Source: a bacterium (GTDB lineage: Bacteria; Hinthialibacterota; Hinthialibacteria; Hinthialibacterales; Hinthialibacteraceae). From it: a DNA stretch of 64,000 bases. The DNA lies in contig JBHGBC010000002.1 of assembly GCA_041946805.1 (NCBI GenBank), forward strand, positions 32,001 through 96,000, read 5' to 3'. Position 1 is the first letter of the stretch, and each line of letters begins with the position of its first letter. The notes under the pieces were generated by a model that ran no database searches, was not told the origin of the DNA, and was given only the letters and a program-made list of their open reading frames with translations. Position numbers and translations under genes: made by a program. Below, piece by piece: positions 9,446-21,657 of this stretch.

Positions 9446-11812
9446 CTACGATGCGATCGTGAAGCCGAATGCTCCCCGCCAGGCTTGCCGCATCCAGGGA
9501 ACTTCCAGGCGCAGCCGGGGTTGGTGTTGCTTATCCAAAATGGTGAACATGTTATCGGCGGTGGTTTTGCCGATGGGAAACAATTTCAATCCAAATTCGG
9601 CGAACAGGGCGCGCAGGGGGGCAAGCCGGTTGGGATCGATTTCCATCAGCATGCCGCTGGACTCGGAGAACAAGAGCACGTCATCCCGCAAGTCCGTATC
9701 CAGTTCCGCCAAACGCAATTCGAGTCCGGTTTTCTGATGCGGTCCCGCGGCCAGCAGCATTTCGGCGGCGGCCAGGATCAAGCCCCCGCTGGAAATGTCG
9801 TGGGCGGAGAGCACCAACCCCTGCTGGATGGCGGCGGCGGCGCCGTAGATAATCCCGCGCTCCAGGTCAAAGCGGACGGTGGGGACATTCGCGCCCAGGC
9901 CGGCGCCCAACGCTTGGTAATACTCGGAGCCGCCCAGTTCGTTGAACCGTTCACCGGCCAACACCAACAAATTGCTGGGCTTCTTGATTTCCATGGTGAT
10001 GGCGCGGGAGGCATCGGGAATCAGCCCCAGGCAGCAGATGATGGGCGAGGGGGGGATGGACCGGCCGCTGGCGGATTGGTTGTATAACGAGACGTTCCCG
10101 GACACGAACGGCACCGGCTCCTGGCCCTGCTTGGGATGGTAGAGATTCCGGGCAGCCTCGGAGATCCCCTTGATCCCCTCTTCCAGCGCCCAGAAGTCCT
10201 CGGGAACCTCGGGATTGCCGTAATTGAGGCAATCGGTCATGGCCACGGGCAGCGCGCCCACCGCGGCCACGTTGCGCATGGCTTCGGCCACGGCGGTGGC
10301 TCCCCCCCAGAAGGGAGAGATCAGGCCGTACAGCGGATTGCCGTCCACCGTGAGGGCCACGCCCGTGCGGCACCCGCCGAGAGGAACCAAAACGGCTGCG
10401 TCCGCTTCGCCGGGGCGGATGACAGCGCACCCCTGGACCTCGGTATCGTAATGCCGGTAGATGCCCTCCTTGGACGCCACGTTCGGCCGGGCGAGGAAAT
10501 CCAGGAAAAAGGCCGCGAGATCATCCGGCGGCCGCGTATCCGGTTCCCGGAAGACGGTTTGCGGCGCGCGGGCGGGGCGGTCGTAGCGGATGCCCTCCAC
10601 CACGAAGTCAATGGGCAGTTCGACCACGGCCTGGCCCTGATGATAGGCGCGCATGACCGGTTCCTCGATGACCTTGCCGATCACCCGGGCTCCCGCGCCG
10701 GAGCAGATCGCGGGGAGTTGCCAATCCTCGTTGTAGATGCGCAAGACCTCGGGCGTAAAGGAGGGCGGCACGCAAAGCAGGAAGCGTTCCTGCGTCTCGG
10801 CGCAGAGAATCACCTCGGGCGGCAGGTTGGGCTCGGCGGTGTGGACCTGATCGAGCTGCAACTCGACACCGTAACCGCCGCTGGCCCCCATTTCCGAGGA
10901 ACAGCAGGCGATGCCCCCGGCGCCCAGGTCCTTGAGGCCGATGGCCAAGCCCAGTTCGCGGGCCCGCCGCCGGACCGCGTGCGAGGCCTTGTAGTGGATC
11001 AAGACATTCTTGAGGAAGGGATCCGGAATCTGGACCGCGCCTTTGTTTTCCTCTTCGTCCTCCTGGTCCAGGGTTCCGGACGCGAACGACGCCCCCCCGA
11101 AGCCGGAGTGGTCCGTGGGTTTGCCGATGAGGATGAGGTCGTAGCCCGCGCCGCCCGGAGGGACCCGGCTGTGAATGATTTCATCCTCGCGCAGGAGGCC
11201 CAGGGCCACGACGTTGACCAGGCAATTGTCGTCGTAGCCTTCGTGATAGAAGGTATCGCCGCCCAGGTTGGGCACCCCGAGGGCGTTGCCGTAACTGCGG
11301 ATGCCGTCCACCACGCCCTCCGCGATGGCCTGGGCGCGGACGGGGAAGCGGCCGCGGGGATCGCCGAAGCGCAGCGGATCGGCCACGCCGATCACCGAGG
11401 CGCCCATGCAGTCGACATCGCGCACGATGCCGCCGATGCCCGTGGCCGCGCCCTCGAAGGGCAACACCTGCGAGGGATGGTTGTGGCTCTCGTGAGCAAG
11501 GACCAGTCCGTAGCGGTGTCCCTGGTGCTCGGTGAAGAAGACGATGCCCGCGTCTTCCTCCGGTCCCTGGATCACCTGGCGGCCGGTCACGGGCAGGTAT
11601 TTCTTGAGCAGATGCTTGCTGCTCTTATAGGAGCAGTGCTCGCTCCATTCGATGTCGAAGACGAACAATTCGGCCATCGTCGGGACGCGGCCGAGGCGGT
11701 GTTTGATCTTCAAGGCCTCGTCCGGCGTGAGAGCCAAGCCGGCGCGGCGCAGGGATTCGCTTAGGCGGCTTTCATCGGCATAAATCGGATTCGCGCTCAA
11801 CGGATTCTTCAT
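9446..11812 (-). CDS. purL: Phosphoribosylformylglycinamidine synthase subunit PurL (small form)
   Basis: WSEHCSYKSS, ESHNHPS, GAATGIGGIVRD, DLGAGGI, DCLNYGNPE, VSGNVSLYN and HDISSGG motifs. Confidence 0.96.
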   Translation of the reverse strand: MKNPLSANPIYADESRLSESLRRAGLALTPDEALKIKHRLGRVPTMAELFVFDIEWSEHCSYKSSKHLLKKYLPVTGRQVIQGPEEDAGIVFFTEHQGHRYGLVLAHESHNHPSQVLPFEGAATGIGGIVRDVDCMGASVIGVADPLRFGDPRGRFPVRAQAIAEGVVDGIRSYGNALGVPNLGGDTFYHEGYDDNCLVNVVALGLLREDEIIHSRVPPGGAGYDLILIGKPTDHSGFGGASFASGTLDQEDEEENKGAVQIPDPFLKNVLIHYKASHAVRRRARELGLAIGLKDLGAGGIACCSSEMGASGGYGVELQLDQVHTAEPNLPPEVILCAETQERFLLCVPPSFTPEVLRIYNEDWQLPAICSGAGARVIGKVIEEPVMRAYHQGQAVVELPIDFVVEGIRYDRPARAPQTVFREPDTRPPDDLAAFFLDFLARPNVASKEGIYRHYDTEVQGCAVIRPGEADAAVLVPLGGCRTGVALTVDGNPLYGLISPFWGGATAVAEAMRNVAAVGALPVAMTDCLNYGNPEVPEDFWALEEGIKGISEAARNLYHPKQGQEPVPFVSGNVSLYNQSASGRSIPPSPIICCLGLIPDASRAITMEIKKPSNLLVLAGERFNELGGSEYYQALGAGLGANVPTVRFDLERGIIYGAAAAIQQGLVLSAHDISSGGLILAAAEMLLAAGPHQKTGLELRLAELDTDLRDDVLLFSESSGMLMEIDPNRLAPLRALFAEFGLKLFPIGKTTADNMFTILDKQHQPRLRLEVPWMRQAWRGAFGFTIAS

Positions 11813-11853
11813 TCACCCTTCCACTTTCCGGCCGTGGCATGAAATCGGTGATA

Positions 11854-13185
11854 TCAAAAATCGTCCGGAATCTGCTTGGGGAGCACCATTTGGGTGCGGC
11901 CGACCATGAAGCTTTCGTCCATCATATCGGTGGCGGTCCGCATGCGGACATTCATCAGCAGGCCGACGCCCATCAGGCTGGCGAGCATGAACGACCCGCC
12001 GTAGGAGATGAAGGTCAGCGGCAATCCGGTGACCGGCATCAATCCCGTAACCATCCCCACATTGATTGTAATATGTGAAAAGAAGAGAGCAACCACGCCG
12101 GAGGCGATCAGGGCGCCCTGGAGGGTCTTGGACGACACCGCCGTATCCAATCCCCGCATGATCAGCAGGAAAAAGAGTCCCAGCAGGCAGGACGCGCCCA
12201 GAAAGCCTTTTTGCTCGCCCACGACGGGGAAGACGAAATCGTGCTGGAACTCGGGGAGGAATCCGTACTGGCTCTGGATGCAGTTGCCGAAGCCCTTCCC
12301 CCAGAATCCGCCGGAGCCCAGGGCGATCTTCGACTGATAGATATTCCAGTTGGAGTGCTTGAGATCCACATCGGGGTATAAAAATCCGGTGATGCGCCGT
12401 TTTTTGTAGTCGTCGATCTCGTTCCAGATCTTTTCCCCGTGCTGGTAGACCACCGCGTAGGCGCTGATGCTGACGAAGAGGAAGGGCAGCCACACGGTCC
12501 AGGGCGCCTTTTTGACCACGGCCAGAATGACTAGGCCGGTCATCAGGCCGATCCAGATCAAAAGGTACACGATATCGTGGTTGATGCCGAAGAGGCACAG
12601 CGCCGGGGAGAGGATCACGGCCAGGGTGGCGAGAGGCAGCCCCGCCACGAACATCATGATGAGCGTGATGGGGATGAACACCACCGCCGTGCCGAAATCG
12701 GGCTGCTTGAGGATCAGCAGCGAAGGGATCGCGCCCACGATCAGGGGACGCAGCACATCGGCCAATCCGTGCCACTGTTCCTTGCGGGACGCCAGCACCT
12801 TGGCCAGCAGCAGGATGGTGGTCAGTTTCGCGAATTCGGAAGTCTGGATCTGGGGGAGTGAGCCGATCTTCACCCAGGAATTGGCCCCGTGGGTGAAATG
12901 GCCCAGCCCGGGAACAAAACACAGCAGGAGGCCGGCGATCCCCAGGGCATAGAAGAACCAGGCGTAACGGATGAGCCAGCGGTAATCGAGGAACAACACT
13001 CCGATGGCGCACGCCAGACCCAGCACCGCCCACTGCGCCTGGAGAAACCAGCGGCTTTGCCAGATCGCGCTGACGTCCTCGCTCATTGTGGCCCCGGCCA
13101 GCGCCGCCACACCGAAGGCGACCAGGCCCAGGGCCAGCCCGAGCGTCAGGAAATCGATGTCATACCAGCTCTTCAAGTTTAACAC
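11854..13185 (-). CDS. rodA: Rod shape-determining protein RodA (SEDS family)
   Basis: QTSEFAK, QPDFGT, QSKIALGSGG and PVTGLPLTFISYGGS motifs; follows PBP2. Confidence 0.93.
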   Translation of the reverse strand: MLNLKSWYDIDFLTLGLALGLVAFGVAALAGATMSEDVSAIWQSRWFLQAQWAVLGLACAIGVLFLDYRWLIRYAWFFYALGIAGLLLCFVPGLGHFTHGANSWVKIGSLPQIQTSEFAKLTTILLLAKVLASRKEQWHGLADVLRPLIVGAIPSLLILKQPDFGTAVVFIPITLIMMFVAGLPLATLAVILSPALCLFGINHDIVYLLIWIGLMTGLVILAVVKKAPWTVWLPFLFVSISAYAVVYQHGEKIWNEIDDYKKRRITGFLYPDVDLKHSNWNIYQSKIALGSGGFWGKGFGNCIQSQYGFLPEFQHDFVFPVVGEQKGFLGASCLLGLFFLLIMRGLDTAVSSKTLQGALIASGVVALFFSHITINVGMVTGLMPVTGLPLTFISYGGSFMLASLMGVGLLMNVRMRTATDMMDESFMVGRTQMVLPKQIPDDF

Positions 13186-14980
13186 GGCCTAGATACACAT
13201 CCACGATTTTTTTGGCCAGGGGGGAAGCCACTTCACCCCCGTGCCCGCTGTTTTCGACGAGCACCGTCACGACGATTTCCGGATTTTCGAACGGCCCGTA
13301 GCAGACGAACCAGGCGTGCGATTCCCGCAGGGTCTGCGCGGTCCCCGTCTTGCCCGCCATGACGAAATTGCTCTCCGGGTCCAGGATCCGCCGCCCGGTC
13401 CCCGACGGGGCGTTCACCACTTCCCACATGGCCCGCTGGGCGGCGTCCCAACTGGCCGTGGAGGCCTTGATGGTACTGGTCGCGACCGGCTCGAAGGTTT
13501 TGATGATCCTGCCGTCGGGTGAAATGACCTTCTGGGCCACGCGCGGTTTGAACACGGCGCCGCGGTTGGCGATCGCGCAGACGCCGGTGTTGACCTGAAT
13601 GGGCGAGAACTGCAACTTGCCTTGTCCGATGGCCAGGTTGATCACTTCGCCCTGCACCCAACGGGAATCGGTTTCCGGCGTGGGGAAGAATTTGGCCATC
13701 GGCTCCTCGGGCAGGTCGATGTCGGTCTTGGTGGTCAGGCCGAACTCGGTGGCCCACTTATGCAGGCGGGTGATGCCGAGTTGGATGCCCACCTTGTTAT
13801 AGAAGTAGACATCGCAGGAAAGCCGGACGGCGTCGTACATATTGACGCGGCCATGCCCCGAGGTCTTGTGGCATTTCCAGGGGTGGCCCCAGCGGCGGAA
13901 GACGCCGGGGCAATACTCGGTGGCCATGGGGGAAAGTTTCAACTCTTCCAGGATGGCCAACGTCTCGAAGATCTTGAAGATCGAGCCCGGAGGGTAAAAG
14001 CCGGCGATGGCGCGGTGCAGCATGGGGCGGCCGGGATCGAGAATGTAATTCCCCAAATTGGCGCGCAGTTCGTTGGGATTGTAGCGGGGGCTGGAGGCCA
14101 TGGCCAGGATGGAGTTGTCGCGCGGATCGGCGACGATGATGACGCCCCGCGATGCGCCCAGGATCCGTTCGGCGGCCAACTGCAGATCGTAATCGATGGA
14201 CAGCACGATATTGTTGCCGGGCACGGCCGGCTCCACCTCGATGGCCGGCCCTTTCTGAATTTCGTTGGTATCGACCTGCACGCGGACAATGCCTTCCTTG
14301 CCGTGCAGGTATTCCTCGTATTCTTTTTCCACCCCGGCCTTGCCCAAATAACTGCCCATGCGGTAGTTCGCGTACTTGGGATCGGCCAGTTCGCGTTCGG
14401 AGATTTCACCCGTGTACCCGAGAATGTGCGAGGCCAGGGGGCCGAAGCGGTAATGGCGCATGGGCACTTCCACGGGGAAGACCATGGCGGTCTCGGGGAA
14501 TTCGATCAGGCGGGTTTCGATGGCCACGTACTTGTCGAAGGGGACCCGTTCGGCGATTTTCACCCGGAGATGCTTATAGTTGGGATCGCGCCGGTTCTTG
14601 AGATAGCGGCTCTCCAGCACAGAATAGGGTGTTTCGAGGATTTGGGACAGCAGTGTCAGGGATTGCTTCACGTCGGGGGTGACGGTCCGTTCCTTGGCGC
14701 CCTTGATGGGAATCCAGACATCCCAATAGTTGATGTCCTCGGCCAGGATGCGGCCGTTGCGGTCAAGGATCATCCCCCGCTTGCTCTGGATGGGCAGCTC
14801 GCGGATATAGTTCCCGGCAAAACGCTGCTTGTAGTATTCCTGCCGGTACACCTGGATACTCCACAGGCGGAAGACGAGGATGGCGAACAACCCCATGACG
14901 CCAAACAGGAACAGGTGGATCCGCCGGTCCACGTAGCTCGATTTCATGGTGAGATGAATCTTCTTGCCGCGCATGGCCAT
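13160..14980 (-). CDS. mrdA: Penicillin-binding protein 2
   Basis: RGMILDRNG, PPGSIFK (SxxK), SCDVYFY and AGKTGTAQ motifs; mreBCD context. Confidence 0.94.
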   Translation of the reverse strand: MAMRGKKIHLTMKSSYVDRRIHLFLFGVMGLFAILVFRLWSIQVYRQEYYKQRFAGNYIRELPIQSKRGMILDRNGRILAEDINYWDVWIPIKGAKERTVTPDVKQSLTLLSQILETPYSVLESRYLKNRRDPNYKHLRVKIAERVPFDKYVAIETRLIEFPETAMVFPVEVPMRHYRFGPLASHILGYTGEISERELADPKYANYRMGSYLGKAGVEKEYEEYLHGKEGIVRVQVDTNEIQKGPAIEVEPAVPGNNIVLSIDYDLQLAAERILGASRGVIIVADPRDNSILAMASSPRYNPNELRANLGNYILDPGRPMLHRAIAGFYPPGSIFKIFETLAILEELKLSPMATEYCPGVFRRWGHPWKCHKTSGHGRVNMYDAVRLSCDVYFYNKVGIQLGITRLHKWATEFGLTTKTDIDLPEEPMAKFFPTPETDSRWVQGEVINLAIGQGKLQFSPIQVNTGVCAIANRGAVFKPRVAQKVISPDGRIIKTFEPVATSTIKASTASWDAAQRAMWEVVNAPSGTGRRILDPESNFVMAGKTGTAQTLRESHAWFVCYGPFENPEIVVTVLVENSGHGGEVASPLAKKIVDVYLGRVKLEELV

Positions 14981-14988
14981 GCTTCTCC

Positions 14989-15492
14989 TCAATACCGGTC
15001 CGCGAAGAGAATCTGCGGACTGCGCCGGGGCAGCCGGACGGGCCGCCGGGGCCAGGGCGTCAGGGCGAATACCAGGCCGGTGGCCAGCACGCCGGCCAGC
15101 ACATAACGCTGGGGCAGGAAAACCGGAATATCGTAATCGAGGTTCGACAGCCAGAAAATGACTTCACCGAAACGGACCAGGCCGCACGCCAGAGAGCCGA
15201 TCAGCAGGCGGGATACGGCGTATTGCGCCAGGAGCATTTTCCGGAGGCGGATCAGGCTCATTCCCGCCAGGACATATAAGAAGGAGTGCAGGCCCAGAAC
15301 GTCCAGATACACGGCATCCCACGCGAGGCCGGCCGCGAAAGACAGGCAATAAGCTTCGCCCACCGGCCGGGTCAGAGTCACGTACACCAAGGCCAGCAGC
15401 AGAATGTCCGGCGACCAGATCCCCCCGTTGAAGACCACCCGGACGAGGAGATCCAGCAGAAAACCGGCCAGGACGATGAGACTCGGGGTCAT
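14989..15492 (-). CDS. mreD: Rod shape-determining protein MreD
   Basis: Hydrophobic 167 aa with PDILLL and AGLAWD motifs; lies between mreC and mrdA. Confidence 0.85.
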   Translation of the reverse strand: MTPSLIVLAGFLLDLLVRVVFNGGIWSPDILLLALVYVTLTRPVGEAYCLSFAAGLAWDAVYLDVLGLHSFLYVLAGMSLIRLRKMLLAQYAVSRLLIGSLACGLVRFGEVIFWLSNLDYDIPVFLPQRYVLAGVLATGLVFALTPWPRRPVRLPRRSPQILFADRY

Positions 15493-15493
15493 A

Positions 15494-16378
15494 TCACTCC
15501 CCTGTGACCAACGGCAGGATGTCCTCCCGCAGTTTCGTGTTCAGCAAAACCAGCACCGATTTGACCGATTGCACATCCACCGCGGGCGTCACCACGTACC
15601 CCTTGTCCGAGGTGGCGTCGGCGACAATCCCCGCCAGGAGATTGCGCGGGAACACGAAACCCGTGCCGGAAGTGAACACCCGCTGGCCGGGCTGGGGGCG
15701 CATCATTTCGCCGCCGGGAGAAACCAAGTGCAGGTCGGTGAGCAGCAGATGGCCGCCTTCCTCGGCGCCGCGCAAGATGCCCTCGTAGGACGAATCTTCG
15801 ACATAGACGCCGATCGCGCAGCGGGGATCGGTCAGGGGCTGCACGCGGGCGTGGTTGCGGGTGATTTTGTGCGTGCGGCCCACGAGTCCTTCCCGCGTCC
15901 AGACGGGCAGGTTGACCTCCAGGCCGTCCTGGGCCCCGCGGTTGATGATCAGCGAGAGGGCCATGCGGTTATCGCGGAAGAGCACGATGGCGGCCAGCGA
16001 GGGGACCGCATCCTCGCGGGGCAGGTCGAGGGCGTCCCGGTAGGCTTCGTGGCGGCGCAGTTGGTAGCGCAGCTCCAGGTTTTCCTGCTGCAGCCGGGCC
16101 ATGTCCTCGCGGAGGCTGTCCAGTTCCTTCTTGGCGCGGACATTGTCGAGCAGCGAGGCCGCCAGATCCCAGCCGTAATCATGGGCGTTCTGGAGCAACG
16201 ACGCCGGCGCCAGGATGACGCGGGCCAGGGGGGAGGAAGAGACGGACCGTTCGTCCCGGATGAAATACAGCATCAGCCAGACAGACAGCAACATGAGCCC
16301 CGCGCCCAGTGTCTTGGGACTGAGCCAGGAATGCTTTTTACGGCGACCGGACGACCGTTTCCCAGGTTGGAACAGCAT
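15494..16378 (-). CDS. mreC: Rod shape-determining protein MreC
   Basis: N-terminal TM helix, coiled coil, INRGAQDG, GLVGR and TSGTGFVFP motifs. Confidence 0.9.
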   Translation of the reverse strand: MLFQPGKRSSGRRKKHSWLSPKTLGAGLMLLSVWLMLYFIRDERSVSSSPLARVILAPASLLQNAHDYGWDLAASLLDNVRAKKELDSLREDMARLQQENLELRYQLRRHEAYRDALDLPREDAVPSLAAIVLFRDNRMALSLIINRGAQDGLEVNLPVWTREGLVGRTHKITRNHARVQPLTDPRCAIGVYVEDSSYEGILRGAEEGGHLLLTDLHLVSPGGEMMRPQPGQRVFTSGTGFVFPRNLLAGIVADATSDKGYVVTPAVDVQSVKSVLVLLNTKLREDILPLVTGE

Positions 16379-16436
16379 CGTCAACCATTATCTTTCGCCG
16401 GGTCTTGCGAAGGAGCGGAACCCGGACCGGGAGGGG

Positions 16437-17570
<1,134 letters not shown>

Positions 17571-17728
17571 TCAAATTGGAAATCCCATAGCCCATAATAA
17601 GCCTCCCGCGGCTGGCGCGCGCACATTCCACGCCTCGGCATGGCCGTGTATCCGTTTCTCCCGCCGCGAAGTACTCGTTGGCGGGCCCCGCTGATCTTTA
17701 AACCCACTCCGCAGGGCTTGCATGTCTT

Positions 17729-17761
17729 CCCTCACCCTGATCCTCTCCCAGAGGGAAAGGA
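17729..17761 (+). repeat. REP-like palindrome, family A
   Basis: ccctcaccctgatcctctcccagagggaaagga. Confidence 0.8.
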
Positions 17762-17913
17762 GAGATAGAACAGAGGGGAAATTTTGATGGATTCCGCTTC
17801 GCGAATCCATCCGGCCGTTCTTACGCCCAGGGCTTTTCGCATGCCGCGCCGCTGGCACTCAAAAAAACCGCACCTGGATAACCCGGCCTTACTCCGCCCG
17901 CATCCCGGACTGG

Positions 17914-17948
17914 AAAAAAACCCCCGAGTGGAGAATCCCCGGGGGGGA
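17914..17948 (-). terminator. Putative intrinsic terminator downstream of smc
   Basis: Minus strand reads CCCCCG...CGGGGG followed by T7, ~85 nt after the smc stop. Confidence 0.55.
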
Positions 17949-18030
17949 AAGAGATGCACGGGCGCAACGGCCCGGTTACCACGCGTATTGGCCTCCCCCC
18001 GGCCCCTCCGGCCGTCCGGCCGGGGCCGCC

Positions 18031-21000
18031 TTACACCGCGACTTCCTCCGAAGCGTAATCCTCCAGCGTCTTCGCTACGGCGCGGGGAGCGGATTCCGCG
18101 GCGGGGAGGTTCACGGGGGTGACGTTGTGCTTCTTGAATTTCATGGAGTAAATGCTGGACACCCCTTCCTCGGCCATGGTTACGCCGTAGATGGCGTCGC
18201 ACATCTCCATGGTTTTCTTGCTGTGCGTGATGATGATGAATTGCGAACGGTCGAGAAACGTGCGCAGCATGGTGGTGAACCGCCCGATGTTGGTGTCGTC
18301 GAGCGGGGCGTCGATTTCGTCCAGGAAGCAGAAGGGACTCGGCTTGATCTCGTAGATGGCGAACAGCAGGGCGATGGCCACCAGCGCCTTTTCTCCACCG
18401 GAAAGCAGGGTGATCGACTGCAGTTTCTTGCCCGGCGGCTGGACCTCGATCTCGATGCCCGCCTCCATGGGATCGCCTTCCTGCAGGGTCAGCTCGGCCC
18501 GGCCTCCGTTGAACATGCGCCGGAACGCCTTGTTGAAGTTTTCCTTGACCTTCACGAAGGTCTCCAGGAAGCGGTCCACGGTGGCGCCGTGGAGTTCACG
18601 AGCGGTATCGAGGAGGTTGGCCTTCGCCTTGTCCAGGTCCCGCTTCTGCGCCTCGAGAAAATCGCACCGCTGGCGGACCTCGTCATATTCCTCGATGGCC
18701 AGTTCATTGACCATGCCCAGTTGGGCGAGGCGGCGGCGGTAGAATTCGATCTTCTCCGCGATTTCCTCGTCCGGGCGGCCGTCGCGTTCGCACTCTTCCT
18801 TGTCATCCAGGAGGGTGAACGAGTCGTCCAGTTTCCGCCGCCAGTATTCCTCCTCCACCTGGGTTTTCATGCGTTCCTGCTCGGCGGTTTCCTTTTGGTT
18901 GCGGAATTCCTCATGGGCCTGGGCGAGGGCGGTCTCTTCCGCTTCCACTTGTTTCATTTCGGCGCGGAGGGCCTGAGTGGTTTCCTCGATGGCGCATACC
19001 TTTTGCCAGACGGAATCGCGTTCTCCGCGCAGGCGTTGCACCGCTTCCTTGGAGTCCTCGATGGCCTTTTCCGTTTCGATCCGCCGCTGCTCCTGTTCCT
19101 CGGCCAGTTGCCCTTTTTCCTCGATCCCGTGTTCCAGTTCGAGGATGTGGCGGCTGATGGTTTCGATTTCCCCGCGCCAGCGTTCCTGGTCCTTTTGTTT
19201 TTCGAGCAGCACCAGGCGCAGGTCTCCCACCCGTTCGTTGAGGGCCGCCCGCTGTTCCCGGGCCTGTTGCGCGCGTTCGGACCACGCCACGATTTCGGAT
19301 TCCAGGACCGCTTTTTTTTCTACCAGATCCTTCAACGCCTTTGCCCATTCCTGGGCTTTTTGGGCGCCGGTTTCGAGTTCCCGCCGGTGGGCTTCGCACT
19401 CGGCCGAAATCGTCTGGCGGGTTTGCTCGAGCCGCTGGAGCCGGGCGTTGGCGCGCTCGCGCTCGTCCAGGGCGATCTTTTTCCGGTTCTGAAGGTCCAG
19501 ACGCGCCTGGCGGAGGGCGTCCCGTTCCAGCGACAATTCTTCCTGGGACGCCTGGATGGTTTCCAGCCGCGCGGCCAGGGTGGAACGCTCTTCCTCCAAT
19601 TGCTTGACTTGTTTATCCAACCGGGCGATTTCGGTGGAGCGGTTGAGGATCTGGGAACCGGCGTTGTATCCCCCGGTCACGCAGCCGCTGCCGTCAACCA
19701 CATCGCCTTCGGGAGTCACCAGGCGGCCGCCGCGGGGCAGAAAACCGCGCAGCGCCAGGCCCTGGGGAAGGGATTCCACGAGGTACACCTGGTCCAGCAG
19801 GCGATCCAGGAGGGAACGGAGGGACTCGCCGCAGCGGACGAAGGCGGCGACGCGCGGGAGAGCGGCCAGTTCCGGCGGCGGATCGCCGGCGGGGGTTTTG
19901 GGCACGCCGTTGGTTTGGGGGTAAAAGGCGACGCGGCCTTTTTTCCCCTCGCGCAGGCGGGAGATGGCCTCGAGGATGCCGGCGTCGTTTTCGGTGAGGA
20001 CCGCCTGCAACCGGCCGGCCAGGGCGGCTTCGAGGGCGGTTTCGCGGCCGGGCTCCACTTGGATGCGCTCGGCCAGGGTGCAGATCAGTCCGGGGACGCG
20101 CTCTTCCTTGCCGCGGAGCAGGTAGCGCACGCCTTCGTCGAATCCGGCCAGGCGGGCCTGCAGTTCGCAAAGCGATTCGAGGCGGGTATGGGCCTGCTGC
20201 CAGAGCCGCTCGCATTGCTGCAGGGCGGATTTGACCTCGGACTGGGCGCGGTTCAACTCGTCGAGGCGGGTAACGGCCTCCTCGAGACGGGCCTCGGTAT
20301 CGGCCAGCTGCTCCTCCAGCAGGCCCCCTTCCTGGTCCAGGGCGTCCCGGCGGGCGGTCTGGGCCGCGATTTCCTTTTCGGCCTCGGCTAGTTCCTGGGT
20401 TTGCTGCTCGAGCCGGGCGGTGTAGAACTCCCGGTCGCGTTCCCAAACCCGCAGGTGGTTTTTGATTTCGGTGATTTGTTGTTCCAGGTCGAGAAACGCC
20501 TTGCGCCGCTGCTCGCCGGCCGTTTCCACTTCGGCGAAATCCCGGGCCGCCTGTTCGAGCTCGGCGGTCATTTCGTCGAGTTCCTGCCGCGCTTCGATAG
20601 CTTCCTGGTCCAGGATTTCGATCTGGGCTTCGGCGTGGACGATCCGTTCCTGCTCTTCCCGCAGCCGCCGCGTGTCGGTCTCGCGCTCGTGCAGCAGGCG
20701 GGATTTGAGTTGCAGGTACTCCGAGAGCCGGCCGCCCAGGTTGGCGATATGCCGCTCCATTTGTTCGAGGCGGGCGGCCGCGGAGGCGTAGTCATCGCGC
20801 TGCTTGCGGTTGAGTTCGTCCTGTTGCTGCAGTTTTCCGCTCAGGACCTGGCGGCGGCCGCGGATTTCCGCCAGGCGGCCGTCCAGGATGTCGAGCTGTT
20901 CCTTGAGGTCCGCCAGACGGCCGGCGCATTCGTCCAGTGTGGCCCGCAACTGTTTCCCGGCCCGGAAATGGGCGGTGTATTCCACCCGCTGCAGGTCCAT

Positions 21001-21657
21001 GCGGTATTTCCGGGCCAGTTCGGCCTGTTTGGCCTGCCTTTCGAGGGAGCGGCGCTGCCGCTGGAGTTCGGTGAGGATGTCTCCCAGGCGCGTCAGGTCT
21101 TCCTGGGTGCGTTCCAGCTTGCGCATCGCTTCCAGTCGGCGATGGAGAAACCGCGACACGCCGGCCGCCTCTTCCAGCAGCTCCCGGCGCTGCTGGGGCT
21201 TGGCGTTGACGATCAAATCCACCCGCCCTTGTTCCATCAGCGAGTACGAGTTGGTCCCGACGCCCGAGTCGAGGAACAGGTCGGTGATGTCCTTCAAACG
21301 GCACTTGGTGTTGTTGAGCAGGTATTCGCTTTCCCCGTCGCGGTACAAGCGGCGAACGAGCTCAACCTCCCGGTAGGGCGCCGGAAGATTGCCGTCGGTG
21401 TTGTCGAACAACAGGGACACTTCCGCCATTCCGGCGGCCGGCCGGGTCGCCGTGCCGTTGAAGATCATGTCCTGCATGGCCTGGCCGCGCAGACGGCGGG
21501 GATTCTGTTCGCCCAGGACCCAGCGGATGGCGTCGGAAATGTTCGACTTCCCGCAGCCGTTGGGACCGATGACCCCGGTCACGCCCGCGTCGAAGACGAC
21601 TTCCAGATGATTGGCAAAGGATTTAAAACCGGAAACGGTTAGTTTTCGGAGATACAT
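18031..21657 (-). CDS. smc: Chromosome segregation protein SMC
   Basis: GFKSF, GPNGCGKSN, long coiled coils with hinge, LSGGE, LDEIDAPLD and FIIITH motifs. Confidence 0.97.
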   Translation of the reverse strand: MYLRKLTVSGFKSFANHLEVVFDAGVTGVIGPNGCGKSNISDAIRWVLGEQNPRRLRGQAMQDMIFNGTATRPAAGMAEVSLLFDNTDGNLPAPYREVELVRRLYRDGESEYLLNNTKCRLKDITDLFLDSGVGTNSYSLMEQGRVDLIVNAKPQQRRELLEEAAGVSRFLHRRLEAMRKLERTQEDLTRLGDILTELQRQRRSLERQAKQAELARKYRMDLQRVEYTAHFRAGKQLRATLDECAGRLADLKEQLDILDGRLAEIRGRRQVLSGKLQQQDELNRKQRDDYASAAARLEQMERHIANLGGRLSEYLQLKSRLLHERETDTRRLREEQERIVHAEAQIEILDQEAIEARQELDEMTAELEQAARDFAEVETAGEQRRKAFLDLEQQITEIKNHLRVWERDREFYTARLEQQTQELAEAEKEIAAQTARRDALDQEGGLLEEQLADTEARLEEAVTRLDELNRAQSEVKSALQQCERLWQQAHTRLESLCELQARLAGFDEGVRYLLRGKEERVPGLICTLAERIQVEPGRETALEAALAGRLQAVLTENDAGILEAISRLREGKKGRVAFYPQTNGVPKTPAGDPPPELAALPRVAAFVRCGESLRSLLDRLLDQVYLVESLPQGLALRGFLPRGGRLVTPEGDVVDGSGCVTGGYNAGSQILNRSTEIARLDKQVKQLEEERSTLAARLETIQASQEELSLERDALRQARLDLQNRKKIALDERERANARLQRLEQTRQTISAECEAHRRELETGAQKAQEWAKALKDLVEKKAVLESEIVAWSERAQQAREQRAALNERVGDLRLVLLEKQKDQERWRGEIETISRHILELEHGIEEKGQLAEEQEQRRIETEKAIEDSKEAVQRLRGERDSVWQKVCAIEETTQALRAEMKQVEAEETALAQAHEEFRNQKETAEQERMKTQVEEEYWRRKLDDSFTLLDDKEECERDGRPDEEIAEKIEFYRRRLAQLGMVNELAIEEYDEVRQRCDFLEAQKRDLDKAKANLLDTARELHGATVDRFLETFVKVKENFNKAFRRMFNGGRAELTLQEGDPMEAGIEIEVQPPGKKLQSITLLSGGEKALVAIALLFAIYEIKPSPFCFLDEIDAPLDDTNIGRFTTMLRTFLDRSQFIIITHSKKTMEMCDAIYGVTMAEEGVSSIYSMKFKKHNVTPVNLPAAESAPRAVAKTLEDYASEEVAV